Origin: Pseudomonadota bacterium
GTDB taxonomy: Bacteria > Pseudomonadota > Alphaproteobacteria > Paracaedibacterales > CAIOTO01
Direction of reading: 5' to 3'
NCBI GenBank assembly: GCA_040387495.1
Contig: JAZKDQ010000001.1
Span: forward strand, 234,937-254,936
DNA length: 20,000 nucleotides
Shown: piece after piece, positions 18,055 to 20,000 of the stretch
How positions within the stretch are numbered: position 1 is the first letter of the stretch
Layout: each line of letters opens with the position of its first letter
Notes under the pieces: generated by a model
What the model was told of the DNA's origin: nothing
What the model saw: the letters and a program-made list of their open reading frames with translations, nothing else
Database searches by the model: none
Program-made: the position numbers and the translations under genes

Positions 18055-19161
18055 ATGCAAAGAATTTTGACACAACCATATTCAACTGGGGTACGTAGCG
18101 CTCTTCTGAAAAGTGGTATGTTGACAGATTTAGCATTTGAACGTCCCATTGCTGATAAACAGGCCGATCTTGACGATGTCTTGTGTGGCAGAGTTTTGTC
18201 AGTAAGACGTGATTTTGTATGGTTTGAGCTAGGGCTTAATATTGAGGGAGTTGTTAAGACCTCATTATTCCATCGTGATAAACCACATGAAGGTGATTTT
18301 ATGTGGTTGCAGGTGGCACGTCTGCCTTGGCCTGAAATTGGCAACATTATTAATCATGAAAAAGGGTATCGCTTAACGCCCCACATAACATTGGCCGGGC
18401 GTTATTGGCTGCATAACCCCTTTGCACGTCGTGAATCAAAATGGATTCATCGCACAGCTGCTTATGGTAAGTCAGATGATGCGCCTGAGTTAGTTGCTGA
18501 AAAAGAAGAACTATTTAGGCATGCTATTCGTTTGCATGTCCCGCCAACTAAGCTTGGCATATTTGATCGTTCTTTAACACAATGGCAACGTTGGATTAGG
18601 GATAGTGACGATAACGTAGTGATTACATGTGAAACGCCTGCTATTGCATTACGTGTAAAAGAATGGGTAACACATAACCATCCTCAAAAAGCACATGCAG
18701 TTACGCTTGCGCTGCAAACAGAATCACAATTGTTTGAATGCTTTGGAATAGAAGATCGTTGGGCGGAAGTGTTAAGTCCACATGTTATGTTACCTGGTGG
18801 AGGAAGTCTTGATATTCGAGAGCTTGCAGCAGCTACGTTGATTGATATCAACACAGGTGGGCAACGCGACGATTTCTTACAAATTAATATGAAAGCCTTA
18901 AAATCAATTGTTCAGCAAATTCGTTGGCGCAATATTACAGGTAATATCTTGGTTGATTTTGTTAGGCTGTCAAAGATGGCGCAGTCTGATTTTCTAAAAC
19001 ATATTGTTGAGGCATTTCATGGAACCGATGTTCATGTGATGGGTTTTTGCGAGCTTGGATTGCTGCAATTGCAACGCACACGGCACCGGCCATCATTGTT
19101 GATGGAACTTATGCCGCAATGTCCAACCTGTCATGGAGACGGCCTTGTTGGTGGATTCTGA
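18055..19161 (+). CDS. Ribonuclease E/G family protein (short, divergent)
   Basis: LPGGGSLDI...LIDINTG, QIRWRNITGNILVDF, LGLLQLQR.R and terminal CPTCHG.G zinc link. Confidence 0.85.
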   Translation: MQRILTQPYSTGVRSALLKSGMLTDLAFERPIADKQADLDDVLCGRVLSVRRDFVWFELGLNIEGVVKTSLFHRDKPHEGDFMWLQVARLPWPEIGNIINHEKGYRLTPHITLAGRYWLHNPFARRESKWIHRTAAYGKSDDAPELVAEKEELFRHAIRLHVPPTKLGIFDRSLTQWQRWIRDSDDNVVITCETPAIALRVKEWVTHNHPQKAHAVTLALQTESQLFECFGIEDRWAEVLSPHVMLPGGGSLDIRELAAATLIDINTGGQRDDFLQINMKALKSIVQQIRWRNITGNILVDFVRLSKMAQSDFLKHIVEAFHGTDVHVMGFCELGLLQLQRTRHRPSLLMELMPQCPTCHGDGLVGGF

Positions 19162-19684
19162 GTTAAACACTGCCTTTAACATACTCGAGACAATCATTAA
19201 ACCAGATGGTGTGTATATTCAATGGCGTGATTATGTATTTAAAGCTGCCATTGGAAAAAATGGTGTGATTGCAGCTGACGATAAAATCGAAGGTGATTTG
19301 AAAACACCTAAAGGCCGCTACCATGTTACGCATGGTTACTATCGGCCTGATAAAATGGATTGTCCGAAATCTATCATTCCATTTACCGCACTTCACCCAT
19401 CCTTTGGATGGTGCGATGAGCCTTCATATGCGCTTTACAATCAACATGTTATAAAACCATTTGATGCCAGTCATGAAAACTTATGGCGTGACGATAATGT
19501 CTATGATTTGATTTTAGTGACGGATCATAATACGAATCCAATTGTACCGGGTAAGGGGAGTGCGGTGTTCATTCATGTCGCACGCGATGATTTTGCATCC
19601 ACAGCTGGTTGTTTAGCATTACAAAAACAAGATCTTTTGATGATAATTGAGAGTTGTAAATATGGGCTGGTTTGGGTTGTTTAG
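19133..19684 (+). CDS. L,D-transpeptidase (YkuD-like) family protein
   Basis: AIGKNG...K.EGDLKTPKG, GWCDEP....YN and GSAVFIH...TAGC catalytic motif. The start position is uncertain. Confidence 0.9.
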   Translation: METALLVDSELNTAFNILETIIKPDGVYIQWRDYVFKAAIGKNGVIAADDKIEGDLKTPKGRYHVTHGYYRPDKMDCPKSIIPFTALHPSFGWCDEPSYALYNQHVIKPFDASHENLWRDDNVYDLILVTDHNTNPIVPGKGSAVFIHVARDDFASTAGCLALQKQDLLMIIESCKYGLVWVV

Positions 19685-19848
19685 TTTTTAATGCTATTTT
19701 TTAATTCAAGTGCACGTTTATAAACCTCTTTTTTAGGTAATGCATATGCTTCCGCCACCATCTGTGCTGCGTCTTTGATCGATAGTGTTTTCATTGCATT
19801 GACCAGTGCGCTGTCAATTGATTCATCGGATGCTCCATCATCTGGCAT
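19681..19848 (-). pseudogene. rsmI: C-terminal fragment of 16S rRNA methyltransferase RsmI
   Basis: Manual translation: MPDDGASDESIDSALVNAMKTLSIKDAAQMVAEAYALPKKEVYKRALELKNSIKN*, resembling the RsmI C-terminal helical domain. There is an in-frame TAA two codons upstream. Confidence 0.7.
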
Positions 19849-20000
19849 GAGTTACACTTATGTAGCGTCAGCCATTATTTAAGATACTACTCCTTGAATC
19901 ACTCACTAATCTTCCAACGTGCTTCATGAAGGTAATCATTATTTTCTAACCTCAATTCGGGATTAAAAAATCAAACGAGATAGAAGGTTTTTTGGATTTA

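Noticed and set aside
585..19396. Numerous 60-125 aa antisense or alternate-frame ORFs in the track (e.g. 2899-3276, 5362-5733, 10721-10972, 14315-14599, 18033-18347)
   Set aside because: They are shadows of well-supported genes and have no motifs of their own.

Overview
Bacterial chromosome window using the standard genetic code. Gene content and order point to an Alphaproteobacterium, possibly a host-associated Holosporales/Rickettsiales-like lineage (inference). Housekeeping backbone: addB (3' part), divergent flgB-flgC-fliE, greA-thyX-lipA-ratA-like-marC-radA on +; dcd, murA, rpmI-rplT and pheS on -; infA, an RNase E/G-family gene and an L,D-transpeptidase on +. Accessory or decayed parts: (i) a very AT-rich orphan polytopic membrane gene between radA and pheS, where pheT would be expected; (ii) a ~4 kb patch bounded by two 94%-identical cytochrome b561 copies, holding a decayed IS6, an IS30 with one nonsense mutation, an MFS transporter and a second IS30 relic; (iii) an orphaned rsmI 3' end next to a 30-bp palindromic scar. 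Notable non-coding signals: a TTAA-N7-TTAA CtrA-type box before flgB, a near-consensus promoter plus structured 5' leader before rpmI-rplT, a terminator between rplT and pheS, and a REPIN/RPE-like palindrome between dcd and murA. No CRISPR, tRNA or rRNA was seen, and I cannot demonstrate a wholly new system. The best leads are the rpmI leader, the divergent stand-alone flagellar rod module and the orphan membrane protein.
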